64,000 nt of DNA from Amphiscolops sp. MND2022. Its lineage: Eukaryota. Both the position numbers and the translations under genes were made by a program. Of this stretch, positions 1 to 11,925 are shown one piece after another. Where the stretch lies: the NCBI GenBank assembly GCA_964187785.1, contig OZ076413.1, positions 71,424,001-71,488,000 of the forward strand. Direction: 5' to 3'. The notes beneath the pieces were generated by a model. That model ran no database searches, was not told the origin of the DNA, and saw only the letters and a program-made list of their open reading frames with translations. Position 1 is the stretch's first letter. Each line of letters starts with the position of its first letter.

Positions 1-427
1 CAAATCTCGGTTTCAGTACGCGCGGTCCTTACATTCTGTTTTATCAAATAGAATCAGCGGAAAATATCCCGGTGTTTAGCGGGCATATCCCAGGTTTTCG
101 ATCATCCCAGTGATGGAGAGTTTCTACTGACTGACCTTAGGTCAGCTAAAATACTCGATGAAGTAGTTGAAGAAGTCCAAAAATGCAATCTATTGGTTCC
201 TTAAAAGCTGCAGAAAAACATATTTCTGCAAAAATCTTCAAAGAAAATCTGCACACTTCTGTAAAGATCTTGCAGATCTGTATGGATCTTCAAGATTCAG
301 TGCAACGATCTTTGCAGAACCCTGCAGAAAAATTCCAGTCAATCCCCACCCAAAGGTGCTCGTGTGCGAATCCCACAGATTCGCAAAGATCGAAAACCTG
401 GGATTGTTATTATTCTTTTCCTTTCAG

Positions 428-609
428 AGGGCAAAGAGAAGTTCATGCGGCAGTTGAAGAACGAGGCGAGTGCCACGGACGAGCTGGTTGTCATCAACTC
501 CCTTCGACCCAAAAACGTCTTCTTCAACGCCCAGTCCTACCCAGACTGCAGCCAGCCACGCATCAACGGCCAGTTTCCGGACATTCGGCTACTCGCCGAG
601 TATTTGGAG
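428..609 (+). CDS. Host gene 1, internal exon (sulfotransferase-like protein, tentative)
   Basis: Acceptor ttcttttcctttcag ends at 427. Open frame EGKEKFMRQLKNEASATDELVVINSLRPKNVFFNAQSYPDCSQPRINGQFPDIRLLAEYLE, GC-richer than the flanks. Phase-0 join to the 2523 exon requires the donor GAG|GCAAGG (GC-AG). Confidence 0.7.
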
Positions 610-763
610 GCAAGGCTAACAACATCAACATGCAATTTACATCACCCTTGTTCAGTAGCCTTCTAAAATATCGCAACTGAAAAAGCCTTGTGTTTCCTAC
701 TTAAAATAGTAATGAAATAAAAATATATTCCTATTTCTAGAGGCAGTGTTTACATTATAAGTG

Positions 764-1277
764 AAACAAGCCGGGACCGGCCCAAGTCGGCGCCATATCC
801 AAGGCTCAAAAATAGCGAAAAGACTTCCAAGTGTCAAGTATTCTCTTTTACAGTACTCGAAAATCGAAAGTTTTTCGAAAAAAAAATTTCGAAAAAATTA
901 CATACTCAAAAAAATGGACCGAGTGGCGCGCTAGCCGAAAAACTGAAAGGGGGGACCCTTTGGGATTTTTCAACATCCATTCTGTCGCAAAACATCAAAA
1001 AAATGCAGGGGGGACCCTTTGGGGAAAATTTTTTTTTCGAAAAAAAGTCTCGCAGTGCCGAAAAAAACTGAAAGGGGGGACCTTTTGGTCTCGCCTGGTA
1101 TGGTATGTTACGCGGAAAAACAGGAAAAATCTTTTTGGTTCAGTTCGCTTGGCCAAATGGTGCAATTTGGCGCAATAATATTTTGTAGAACTTTTAAGAA
1201 CTATTTTGGTCAGTTCCTGTGGATAGAAAAAAAGAGTCACTATAATAGTCGCGTTTCACTTCATGAAGCGAAGACTA
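764..1277 (-). mobile_element. Helentron/HINE-like non-autonomous element
   Basis: Reverse-orientation copy. Terminus aacaag-ccgggaccggc-ccaagtcggcgc (hairpin plus subTIR), internal GGGGGACCCTTT repeats, far end tagtc...gacta. Confidence 0.6.
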
Positions 1278-1849
1278 ATAAAACGCAACTGAAATGTAAA
1301 AGGGGACGTAGTATGTAAAATGGTAAACGTTCCAACATTTTATTCCATAGGTGGTCGCTTAAAATGGTAAAATTCAAATCCAAATATCCGAATTTTGACT
1401 TTAAGGTACTCATTTTCGAAAAAAATTCAAATTTCAATTGAAAGATCCTAAAAATTGTCACTTCTAACATTCTCAATATGGGTCGTAAAAATTTCAAGCA
1501 AACATTTTTGTCAACTGGATAAAATTCTAAGAAACTTTCTAGCTGATATTTTTTTGTATTTGTGAGTTATTTGGTTTTGAGTTTTGTCATTTTGAGTAAT
1601 GGAGTTGCGCTAATTTCAGAACGCTACTGTGCCGAATTGCCAGAAAAACATCACTTGAACTGATTGCTGTAGGATAACGCATCACACTGAAAACCCATGT
1701 AATTTTGTGGAGTTCATGATATATCGTGTTTTCAGAATCAATACTGGAAAAGGTCACTGCAATAGGAAGTAGTTGCAAATATGTTGGAATGGTCCAGATT
1801 CATGGCTCAGAGTGCAATCAGTGTAGCCGGAAATCTGGAGAGACCAAAA

Positions 1850-2300
1850 ATGTCTCTTTTTATTATTTCTGCGACAGCAGGAACAATATAGAAATCTGAA
1901 AAATGCAACTTTTTTCAGACGATTTTGTTCGTCATCCGAGTAAAAAAGGTTCAGATATAATGTTCGGCAGTGAGTATAAGCTTAAATTTTGCAAGCTGCC
2001 GACGACAATTAATTTCGGCGATGAAACGAGTGTTGAGCTTGCATTCGTACGCCGAATTCATTCAGATGAAGCGAATGAGTATTAATTGTTTGTTCGCCGA
2101 GCGCTTCGCCTGCATTCAAATGCGAATGCGAAACTTCGTCTACGCTCAGTAGTTATATTGTCTTTAGTCCGAGAAGAATTAAAGGCGGTGTAAACTGGTA
2201 TTGATTAATTGTGCGCTATATAAATGAATTCAGATATGCTTCTATCATTGAAGATGAAAGCCTAAAAGCAGAAATAATAATGTACCCCGCAGGGGCCTGT
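1850..2300. repeat. Interspersed repeat, inverted copy at about 58245-58740
   Basis: Shared blocks (cattcaaatgcgaatgcgaaacttcg; ggtgtaaactggta; ccccgcaggg end) occur as the reverse complement near 58245-58740. Boundaries approximate. Confidence 0.6.
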
Positions 2301-2522
2301 TTTCTGAAGTGTGAACGCAAAAAGGTAGCTGTTTATGTATTTGTTTTTCATGGGCGGTAAATCCCCAGAAAAGATTTCGTGAAAATTTTCAAAGATTTGT
2401 TCCCCACGTGTTTTAACGAATACAAGATAAACTGAAGTTTCAATAATATGATCATCCGTAATACCATAATTTATAGAAATTTAGTATTTTGGACAATAAT
2501 TCAATTCACACTTTTCTTACAG

Positions 2523-2744
2523 GAGGCGGGTATGGATTTCCGTGTGATTGTAATGCATAGACAAGTCATTGACTCATTTCTCGTGTCCATCACAGTGAAG
2601 AGACACTTCGCTCCCTCGTTCGACGCCAACATAGTCACTGCATATCAGATGTTAACGTACCTTCTAGCCCAGATATCGGTCATTGACCCCAAATTCATAG
2701 CCGGGTGTTTCCACCTAGACATGGATAAAGAAGAGTTCTCTCAG
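2523..2744 (+). CDS. Host gene 1, penultimate exon
   Basis: Acceptor cacttttcttacag, donor CAG|GTCAGG, 222 nt, phase 0-0. EAGMDFRVIVMHRQVIDSFLVS resembles the sulfotransferase 3'-phosphate-binding strand (xIVLxRDPxxxxxS); family call from recall only. Confidence 0.72.
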
Positions 2745-2773
2745 GTCAGGCTTGTAAAATATTGTATTGCAAT

Positions 2774-3152
2774 CACAGTTTTGACACCGCTAATCAGCGA
2801 TTTAGCGAATTAGCGGCCGCGTGTGAACTTTTCAGCGATTTCATAAGCGATTCAAAATAGCGGTAATTAATGGAATGTCCAAAAATTAATTTTGCTAAAA
2901 GTATACACGTTTCAAAAAGGGGTTTCAAATTGAATTTCGAAAAATTCCAACTCACCCTTGTAAAAGCCACTCAGTATGGAAAATTTCAGTCTATTTTTCT
3001 CGGAAAAACACTGAATAAAGTTATCAATTAATTTCGAAATATACTTGAAGTCAAACATTTGTTAGTTTGAAGAAAAATGTTTTCAGCAAATAGCGAATTT
3101 TGAATTAGCGGTTTAGCGAGTAGCGAAAACAATTAGCCATGTCAAAACCCTG
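2774..3152. mobile_element. hAT-type MITE in an intron of host gene 1
   Basis: TIRs cacagttttgacaccgctaa / ttagccatgtcaaaaccctg; 8-bp TSD attgcaat/attgcaag (7/8). Confidence 0.8.
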
Positions 3153-3241
3153 ATTGCAAGAATATTTAAAGTTTTAGAGTTGAAAAATGAAAAATTGCGA
3201 TTATGTTTTGCGCAATAATTTATGCTATAAGACTTTCTCAG

Positions 3242-3451
3242 GTCATGAACAAGGTCGATCACGCCCTGAACACGACTTTGTTCAGCACTCGGATGGTCAA
3301 CAACTTCCGACAGCATTCGTCCAACTCGTGCATAAATGAGTCACAGTTCTCGGAAGTGTGGATGCAGAGGTTGATTGAGAAATGGGACGAGATGAGAAGG
3401 TTTTGTTACCAGTTCGTCACTCAAAAACCACCTGATCAAGTTTCTATGTGA
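3242..3451 (+). CDS. Host gene 1, terminal coding exon
   Basis: Acceptor gactttctcag, phase 0, VMNKVDHALN...KPPDQVSM then TGA at 3449-3451; in frame with the preceding exon. Confidence 0.72.
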   Translation, partial: VMNKVDHALNTTLFSTRMVNNFRQHSSNSCINESQFSEVWMQRLIEKWDEMRRFCYQFVTQKPPDQVSM

Positions 3452-3639
3452 TCAATTATTTCAATGACGTCACTTCCTACTCTATCAGGTGATAGGGAGT
3501 TTAGCTGCTCGATAATAAAGCCGAAACAATTTATAGCAGAACCGAATTGAATTCTCAAATGTGATTGGTTGCTCCGTTCGACAGTGAGCTTTGAATGATG
3601 AAACTATCATGCAACTTCGCAACCAACCACAGTGAATTT

Positions 3640-4288
3640 TGAAAATCGCCTATTTTTGTTTATATCTCAATCAATTTTATTGGAATTTTGAATGCGTAGG
3701 GGCGATTGTGGATGTTTTTGGTTCTTAGGTTATCTCTATAAATTTCTTGAGAAAGTAAATTTAGTCAATTGATGATAACAAAATTGTTAAGAAAAGTTTG
3801 GTTTAGAACAACTTCAAGGAGATTTCACTTTTAATTACAATTACAAACAAACTTACATTTCAGTAGCTGAGGAGTTGATGAATTTAAGCTTACCTTTAAA
3901 ATTCGTCTATAATTTTTTTTGTTGAATCTGCATCTTTATTAATTTATTGCACAGCAGGGGAATGCAGGCAGAGCATCTGCACCAGTAAGGAGTGAGGAAA
4001 AAATTTCTCTCCAATTCTCATGCTCTTTTTAATAAGTTTTTTAAATAAATTTAAGAAGCGCCCCAAGGTAATTAATAATCACACACAATATGACTGAAGT
4101 ACTGCTGTCAAGCTGCACAAAAGGGGATTAATATCTTAAAACCATTATATTGCTCTCTCGAGAACTATTAAACAAGTTGTGCTAAGAAATAATAAACAGC
4201 GAGCTGTTTTAATAATTTAATTTCCCAGTTTGCATCTGTTCTTTTATTCGCCTTTCGCTCCTCCTGTAGCGGTGCTTCGCTCGCTACA
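3640..4288 (-). repeat. 3' LTR of gypsy-1
   Basis: On the minus strand starts TGTAGCG directly after the PPT and ends GGCGATTTTCA; homologous to 12886-13522. Confidence 0.85.
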
Positions 4289-5385
4289 CCACCCTCTCTC
4301 TTGAAGATTGCGTCCACGCAACAAAGAGGACAGCCATTCGCGGACATGCGGGTCGCAGTCCATGCAAGTCTGTAGGCCCTTTTGCGCACATCGGACACCT
4401 CGGATCCCACAACACTGGTAAATCCTGTCGAGAGTCTTGTCTATCAGTATAATACGAGTTTCTGTGATCGTCGGCACCAGTTTGGCGACCGCTGGGGAGA
4501 CAGTAGTGTTTTTGTCCGGGTGGATCAACCGCAGCAAGTGGCGGGCATTTTCCTTCAATTCGTCGGTTGTTGAGGTTCGCGGACTACACAGGAGATGGAA
4601 CAAGAGGTTGTTGTCAACATAGTCCAGTGATGGGGGGGGTAGGTAGACATCTGATAACAAAGCATTTTGGCGGTTACCTGATGATTGCTGAGGGCCGCTG
4701 TTTCCAGTGGTAAGGAGTTTAGCTCATCACTCTGCTTTAATGAGTGGCGGAGTAGCGACTCGTTTTCTTCCGTAAGGGTTTTCAATCGGGATTTCAAGAC
4801 CTCTATTTCTTGGTCCATAGCCGTAATGCGCTCCGCCCGTTGACGACCCACCTCTACACTCTCTTGCATCAGTTTGAACGTGACTTCAGAGGCCTTCTGA
4901 GCTTCTTCATTTTCATGTTTGAGCTCTTGGACTGAGCTGAACTCTTCTGCCAGTAACTCAAGACTCTCGTCCTGCCCTAAGGAGGCCTCCACAGTCACAT
5001 TAAACATATCCGGGTGCACTGGGGTGACACTGGTGATGGACAGTCGCACTCCATGGGGACTGGGTCGAACTTCATTGGAGTTAATCTTTTGGATCAAGAC
5101 TGTTTGGCGTTGTGGGTTACATCAGATGACACGGTAGTCCATTACATCTAACATACAGACGATATGACCACGGGCCAGATAGTGTACCCGCCCATCCGAG
5201 AGCAGGAATGAAGCTGGAGGCACGACCGCGGCGTCAAATTTGTACCTGTAACAAAACGGATCATTAAAAACGACTTCCATAAGGGTGCATGTGTTTAGAT
5301 ATAATTGAGAACATGTATTTGAATAACGATTCAGACGTTGGGCGTGACTTTCGGCGTTGATACACCAGTTGCGTTGGAGGTACAA
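4244..5385 (-). pseudogene. Accessory ORF of gypsy-1: coiled coil plus DnaJ J-domain (one stop, one frameshift)
   Basis: ORFs 5122-5385 and 4555-5097 share a frame across one TGA and shift into 4244-4660. The latter encodes LFHLLCSPRTSTTDELKENARHLLRLIHPDKN...ITETRIILIDKTLDRIY (HPD motif, J-domain spacing, about 4415-4600). Confidence 0.65.
4289..4302 (-). promoter_or_regulatory. Polypurine tract of gypsy-1
   Basis: Minus strand AAGAGAGAGGGTGG immediately 5' of the LTR TG. Confidence 0.8.
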
Positions 5386-5806
5386 CTGGGGAACTGGGAC
5401 TTTTGTTTTACTACACTAGCTGAGGCTGTGACACACCTAGGATACCTCGAGAGTGAGGAATTTAAGTTCACTAGTTGATATACTTGAAAATTAGGAGACG
5501 AGGACCTTATTAACTACACTAGCTGCGCGGAATACAGACTAGGGTACTCGTGACGATCTAGAAAGATGCATACTAACGGGATGATCAAAACTATAGGTGA
5601 GCAAGGTTGAGGGACGTCCTCAAATTAAGTATACACCAGAATGTGCTACACACTAGAGAGTATTGAGACTAACACCAACGCAAGCGTTGGGAGATTTCTA
5701 ACAAAAATAGAGCCTATCCTATTTCATCAACTGAGTTGAGTGTTTCTAGTTTGCTGAAAATAAAACAAATGATGACATTGATAGAAAGACAGAAAGAAGG
5801 ATAAGT

Positions 5807-6882
5807 TTAGGTTTTTATTTCCGAAAACTGAAGGGCTGACACATCCGGGTAAACACGTGGGGGGAGAAAAGGTGCTTTAGGTGTAGTGTAGTTCGAGTTA
5901 GGAGCGATAGGTTGTTTAGTTGTTTCTCGTGCCAGGGAAATAAGTGCTTGAAACTCCATTGTAGTCAGATAAGCAAAAGTTGGATCCATTGGTTCGTAGT
6001 CATAACTTTGGTCATCAACAATGTTGATGAAGCGTCCTGATTGACCCCAAAAGAACTGTGGATGAGTGAAGAAGCGGCGCCACTGTCGTCGGAAGAGCGT
6101 GAAGCATATCGAAAATTTTAACAGTGACATTGTAATCGACAGGGTCGACATAAGAATAGCTGTTCGAATGGGCAGATAAGACTCCAAGGCTGCTGACGTG
6201 GCTGGCGAGACTGCTGAGTAGTAGGTAGCAATTGGTTGCGTCAACTTTTCGAGGGTTTCCTCAGTCATTTGTTCAACGTCTGGTAACTTAGCTAGTTCCA
6301 GGCGTAAACTACCTAGGACGGGATGACGTGCTTCCCCGGAGAATAAGCATGAAAATCAGCGGTACTAATCGATGGGACATGCGAGAAGACCTTATTAAGT
6401 TTCTTCAATGGAAGCCAGAAAAGACTTGGAATTCGTTTCACAAAAATCCATATCAGGGTACAAAACGAGGTCCTCTTGAATAAATGAAATATCACTATAG
6501 CAACTGGGGCGCATCACACAAGCCTGACAATTTATGGTAGAGATAGACAGGCTATAGCTCGACTATCGTTCTTTATCTGAAGATAAGGGGCTCTAGAGAT
6601 GATGTGGTACATCCCTTCGGCCAAATAGAAGACTTGAGGAGCATCCAGCAACCGAACGGATTTAACTTCGCAATTTCACAGGGCTGGAATATCATAGTTA
6701 GAGAAGAGAGAGCCCAGGCATAACAAGGTTTCATCCGTGGTAGTAGAGAAGCCATTCCTGCAAAGTTTTATTCTTCTGTTACCCGAACATTGCTGCAGCG
6801 TATTAGCTTCTAGCTGTGCAAATCTACTATTGTCTGTGAAGACTGCGAGGAACGGATTTGTGAAACTGAAAAGAGAAGCTGT
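5807..6882 (-). pseudogene. env-like glycoprotein, C-terminal half
   Basis: Cys-rich segments (LQQCSGNRRIKLCRNG, LLCLGSLF, NCEVKSV, NCQACVMRPSC) across stops and frameshifts, then a TM helix (TAILMSTLSITMSLLKFSICFTLF) followed by RRQWRR. Located downstream of pol. Confidence 0.55.
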
Positions 6883-9800
6883 TTTCTGTTGAGGATTACA
6901 TCGCTTTTGGCATTCGACGCAACGGCGCACAAATATTTGCTCGTCATCTTTGAGACCGGGCCTTCAAACGCGCTGTCTCACTGTTCCAAGAAGCTTGGCA
7001 ACTCTTAGGTGACCGACGGTGGTTGAACTGTGTAGCGATTCCAGGACATCATCTACCAGTGCAGGAGGCACTACTTGTTAGAGGAACGGTAAATCGCCAC
7101 CGGTGGGTTCAAATCGCCGACACAGTACATCATTTATGAGGTGCAGACTGTGAAATTGGTTATACAGCTTCCAAGCGAGTTCGGGACAACCCTTCAAATC
7201 ATTATTTTGTGGTACGCGGCCTCTTCGGATCCACTCGCGTATCAGTTGTAACGATTCATCAGCCTCCTGTCCTTTGCGGAGGTTTTCGGTGAGATTACCG
7301 GTCTCTGTATCGGACGCTTCGTCAAATGCGCTTTCCTCATTGTTCGAAACAGCTGTGGATGGATCACGGATGTAAACGGTTATGCGAACAACCGAGGTTT
7401 CGAAAATTCTTTGAAAAATGTCGCGTACCAAGGGCCACTCCAATTGGTCGAGTCCACAACCAAGTTGTGGAATGCTAATCGAAGGCACGCCGTTTGCTTT
7501 GGCATGTTCGCGCATACGTTCCAACGACGCTCGACGAGCCGAATATGTCGGTTTATGGTAAAAACGATCTTTCGCCAGGAGGTGGTAAATATACCTCTTC
7601 GTTTCCGGTAGCCACTGCGTCCACAGAGGGACATCATAATAGCGGACTCGTCCCGGATACGCAGTTATGTATTTCCGTTTGATAGACCGCGCTATTCCAG
7701 AACTCATTTTGAAATTCGCGAAGACACAATGGGCTATTGAGTCCTTTGAGTCAAACAAGTTACCCGTGATCTCGACGTACTTCGTCGGTTCCGTTGCTCT
7801 TTCTACGGGTACGTCCTGTCGTTGTAAGGATTCCGATGGCTTGGATTTGGTCACCCTACACTGGGAAGTTAGATGTTGAAAGACATCCTCCGGAGGGGAG
7901 CCGACGCGGGCGGTGTGTCATTGTAATGCCTCGTTGTGTTGGCATTAGGCCACTCCCCTGTTGGTGCGATCCCCGCCGGTTGGTGGTCTTCTGAGACGAA
8001 CAAAGCAGGTGTTGTTGGAATTCGAGAGTCCTCCGGCATGACCGATGGAATTCCCAGGTCGGTATTCACCTTCGTAGTCAAATTGGGCCAGTTTTCCAAG
8101 CAAGCGTGCTACAAGACCATCTGGGTCTTTGAAGTTATGCAACCATCGCAAGGCACTGTTATCAGTTCTCAGGATGCACTTTTGGTCCAACAAGTAATGT
8201 TTAAAATGACGCGTGAAATGTACAACCGCCAGGAGTTCACGTTTAGTTGCTGAGTAGTTCATTTGAGATCATGAAGAGCCTTGGAGGCATAGCAAATAGC
8301 TCGTTCCTTTCCGTCTTGAATTTGGGCTAAGACTGCACCCATTGCCGAAAGGCTAGCGTCGGTGTACAGAATAAACAGCTTTCATAGAAGGGAAAGCTAA
8401 AATTGGTGTTGTAGTTAAGCAGACCTTCAACATGTCGAAAGCATCTTGTGCTTCGGGTGTCCATTTGAATGGGGTACTCGTCTCGCTGGCCTTATGGAGT
8501 GGTCTTGCAATATCGGTAAAATGTTTCACATATCGTCGATAGTTCGAGCAAAGTCCCAGAAAGAATTTGACATGAGTTTTTATTGTCAGAACTGGGAACT
8601 GTCTGACGGCAGCAATTTTCTCGGGGTCCACCAGTAGACCATCTTTACTAATGTCATGGCCCAGGAACTGTACTTTTGTTCTGAAGAATTCACATTTCAG
8701 AGGATTAATTTTCAGATTCGCTGCTCGGAACCGGACTATGACTTCTCGAATCCTACGGAGATGTTCTTCCGGTGTGGTCGCAAAGATGATACAATCGTCT
8801 AAATAGGGGACGACAGTTTTCCAGATCAACGTTGAAATAACTGTTTCCATCAAACTTTGAAACGTAGGCGGACTGTTCGAAAGACCCATTGGCATTCGGA
8901 ACCATTCGAAGGAACCAAACGGCGTACTGAAAGCCGTATAATCCTGACTTTTATCATCCATGGGTATTTGATAGAATCCCCAAGACACATCGGTTGTTGA
9001 AAAAACGCGCTTCTCTCGAGCGTAGGGAAATTTCTTCAATCGACGGTATCGGCCAACAGGACTTTATCGTTTGATTGTTCATTTGTCTATAATCTATTAC
9101 TAAACGTAGCTTGCCATTTTTCTTCGGTACGAGTATTGCTGGTGCGCTGTATGGACTTTTACAGGGTTGGATGAGTTGTTCATCCAAGAAGGCATCTATT
9201 TTTCTTGCAAATCTTCCTTGTAGTGCAATGTCATGCGGCGATTCGGTAATTTTATCGGTTTGGAGCCAGGTAGGACATCTATTTTGTGACTAGTGGCGTC
9301 ACAACGACCTATGTCCAATTGATTCTTCGAGAATACATCTTCAAATTCATTGACAAGGTCCCCGAATTGTTTTTTTTTATTTCAGTGGTATTTCCGCACT
9401 GACGAAGTCAATCACTTATTTCAAATCATATGCTTGGTCAAGTGTCTCGCTTCCCGTCACTTCACTTTTCGGAGTAATGTTGCTCCTCAGGGCATTAACG
9501 GGAAGAATTTCAGAGGTGCCCAATGTCGTTTTCTCATAAAGTGTCAGTTGTTTTCCACAGTCACGGGTATTGTTTGCTCGGACTAATTAAACAGAATGTT
9601 TGTAGCCACTGCCTCTTTTGCTCGTCGAACCGATTATTCAGGTTAAATATAGCCTCTGTTTCATGGTGCGATTGCTTCCAATCGAGTATAAGCGCAGGCA
9701 CTATCAACGAGTGACCTACCGTGACCGAAACGGTCTCTGATACAACTACCCGATATACAGAAGCCGTTTCATCATCGATTTCTCGATGATACAAGGGCAC

Positions 9801-10173
9801 TTGCGTGTCATCGTCCAACCGCAGTACGTCTTTTGAAATCATAGAGTCACACTTATGTTTCTTTAAGAAGTCTAATCCGATCAGACAACCGGCTTCCAAA
9901 GGTTCCAAAACATTGAAAACATGTTCGATTACTTTTGGTCCCGTTTTCAACAACACGCACTTTACCGCGCGTTTGAATTGGCAGTTTGTTGGCTGCCACG
10001 AGCTTCTGTTGCGATGGCTCCAAATATAACTTCTGTAACTGTTTAATTTGGTCAATGACATTCGAAATCAGACAAGACACACTTGCTCCACTATCACACA
10101 CAGCCTCGATTATCTTACCACATCTAGATAACTGGACGAAAACACTTCTGTGATCTGTCACAGAGTTGAGCAT
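6883..10173 (-). pseudogene. pol: pol of gypsy-1 (PR-RT-RH-Macro-IN, integrase core deleted)
   Basis: VCDSGAS protease, YLDD reverse transcriptase, RNase H (RELLAVVHFTRHFKHYL, TDNSAL), integrase zinc finger (LHSSTTVGHL...CVEC); many frameshifts. Confidence 0.9.
7372..7779 (-). CDS. TARG1/OARD1-type macrodomain embedded in pol
   Basis: GNLFDS...IAHCV...MSSGIA...YIYHLLAKDRFYHKPTY...SLERMREHAKANGV..ISIPQLGCGLDQLEW matches the recalled OARD1/Poa1p-like macro signature. Confidence 0.88.
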
Positions 10174-10249
10174 CTGAGTTTGTGAGCCATTTCCGGTGGT
10201 CTCGTCTGCGCTTCGACCCGTGAGCGTAGACTCAATTAGTTTAAAGGTT

Positions 10250-11462
10250 TCTTTTTATCGGCGGTGCAGTCTCTTCGGAAGTGACCGACCTTTAGGCAAT
10301 TAGGCAATTGTAACACGCCCTACAATCCTTTGTTGTGTGAATACTGCGTTTGCAACGATCACACACTTTCTTAGCACTTCCCGTTGTTTTTTCATCTTTT
10401 CTTTTGGACGGATGAGGCAAGCTCTCTCAGTTTTGCGTTTGTTTCCCATTTTCGTTGTTTCGATAATTGAAGGATTTTTGGGTAGACTGGAAGCGGACGG
10501 ATGGGTTACTCTTATTAGAGTCGTTATTCTCAGAACGGGGTCTTAGATTTGACGGGCTATTGGTGCGCCTACCGTTCTCTTGAGGTGCGTAATCGCTGTT
10601 CTGCGGTCGGCTCCTCTGCAGTTCTTGCCGTAGCGTTCGAACAAAATCCGCCATTAGGTCATTTGTAGAGGTATCGTCAGTAAATGTCCTGTTGACAGGT
10701 TGACACGTTTTTGCACCACCACTTTCAATTTCTAAGAACAAGTTTAGTTCCATCGCTAAGGTTAAAGCCTGATCGTTTGTGGCTGGTTTGGCTTTTCGCA
10801 ACTCCCAACAGAGTGTCTCATCTCTTAGGCTCTCGATAAAACATGTCATCACCATTGGGTCGATCAGACCAGGCGTGTCTCGGTATGCTCGCCAAGCCAA
10901 TGTGCGCACAACACACAGGAATGCGGAGATGTCCTGGTTAGACTGCTGTTTAGCAGCCTCCAGCCTGGCTTCAAAATGTCCCCATTTGTCGTGTAATTCT
11001 GTCGAAAAGCGTCAATCAGCAAATCAAAGTTTGTTGGGCAGCGGACAGAGTTGCGTAGAAGTGGAGTGCATTTCCTCTGAGGCGTAATGCGAAGTAATTA
11101 GGACTATTATCGTGCGCAGTTGAGTACCAGCCTGACAAGAATGCTGCAGTGTTGAACTGTTGAAGGTAATCTTCTAAATCTCCCTTAGCCATAAACGTCT
11201 CCGGCATTAAGCATGAAGGGAGCGGGGCGATATTTGGTGTACTCGGAGGTGGACTAGACGTTCCTGGATAGTCAAAAAAAGAGGCGGTGGGGGTTGTCGT
11301 AGTATTCGCTGTGGTACTTCTGGAGGATGATGGGTGCCCTGGAGTAGCCGAGCTACTCCCACTGGCGCTAACACTGGCACTTGTTGTCATTGTTGCTAGC
11401 GGGGGTGTTGACATCGAGGCGATAGAAGTACTAGTATTTGACGGGGTAGACGGCGTTGTCAT
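10250..11462 (-). pseudogene. gag: gag of gypsy-1
   Basis: PETF...LEDYLQQF, FALRLRGNALHFY, LAWRAY, FIESLRD...ELRKAKP capsid-like motifs; CCHC knuckle CYNC/CLKVGHFRRDC disrupted by an 8-bp duplication. Confidence 0.82.
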
Positions 11463-11925
11463 TTGATATTGAACGTTTACAAATTTACGGAGTCTTTAGA
11501 GTCAATATGTTTTAGCGGCAGAGCATCGGAGTACTATAAAGAAAATTCGGCAAATGGCAGTCAGGAAATCACAACAAAGAGGAATCAGAGACGTGGGACG
11601 CAATAAATTCAATCTGCGAATACCAACTTTGAGCTGAATGCGGGAAAAAGGAGGCGCTCGATGACTTTACGCTTGTAGCGTGGTCCATAGGACTGTAAGG
11701 AGACTTTTCGTGAGTGTTTGTTTGCTGCCAGTAATGTACTGCCTGCAGCTGTAAATGGAACGCGAGTTGTTGCGCAGTGAAACGAACCTCCGGTCGATGT
11801 GGAAAAGGGATTTTAAATTTTTTTGTTTGACAAAAATAACATGGTATGATAAGGTTCTCTGACGGTACATTAGAGAATCGTCACAGGGATACTAAAAGAA
11901 TACATAGAAAACACAGAACTTGATT

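Noticed and set aside
167-420. ORFs 167-457 and 183-680 as genes
   Set aside because: The upstream part is a degenerate tctgca-rich repeat; only the spliced exon 428-609 is supported.
831-1318. F/K-rich ORFs here and at 15612-16077, 19201-19440, 24508-25259, 52551-53002, 56886-57360
   Set aside because: They lie within HINE-like and MITE repeats with homopolymer runs, have no splice structure, and appear in both strands; spurious.
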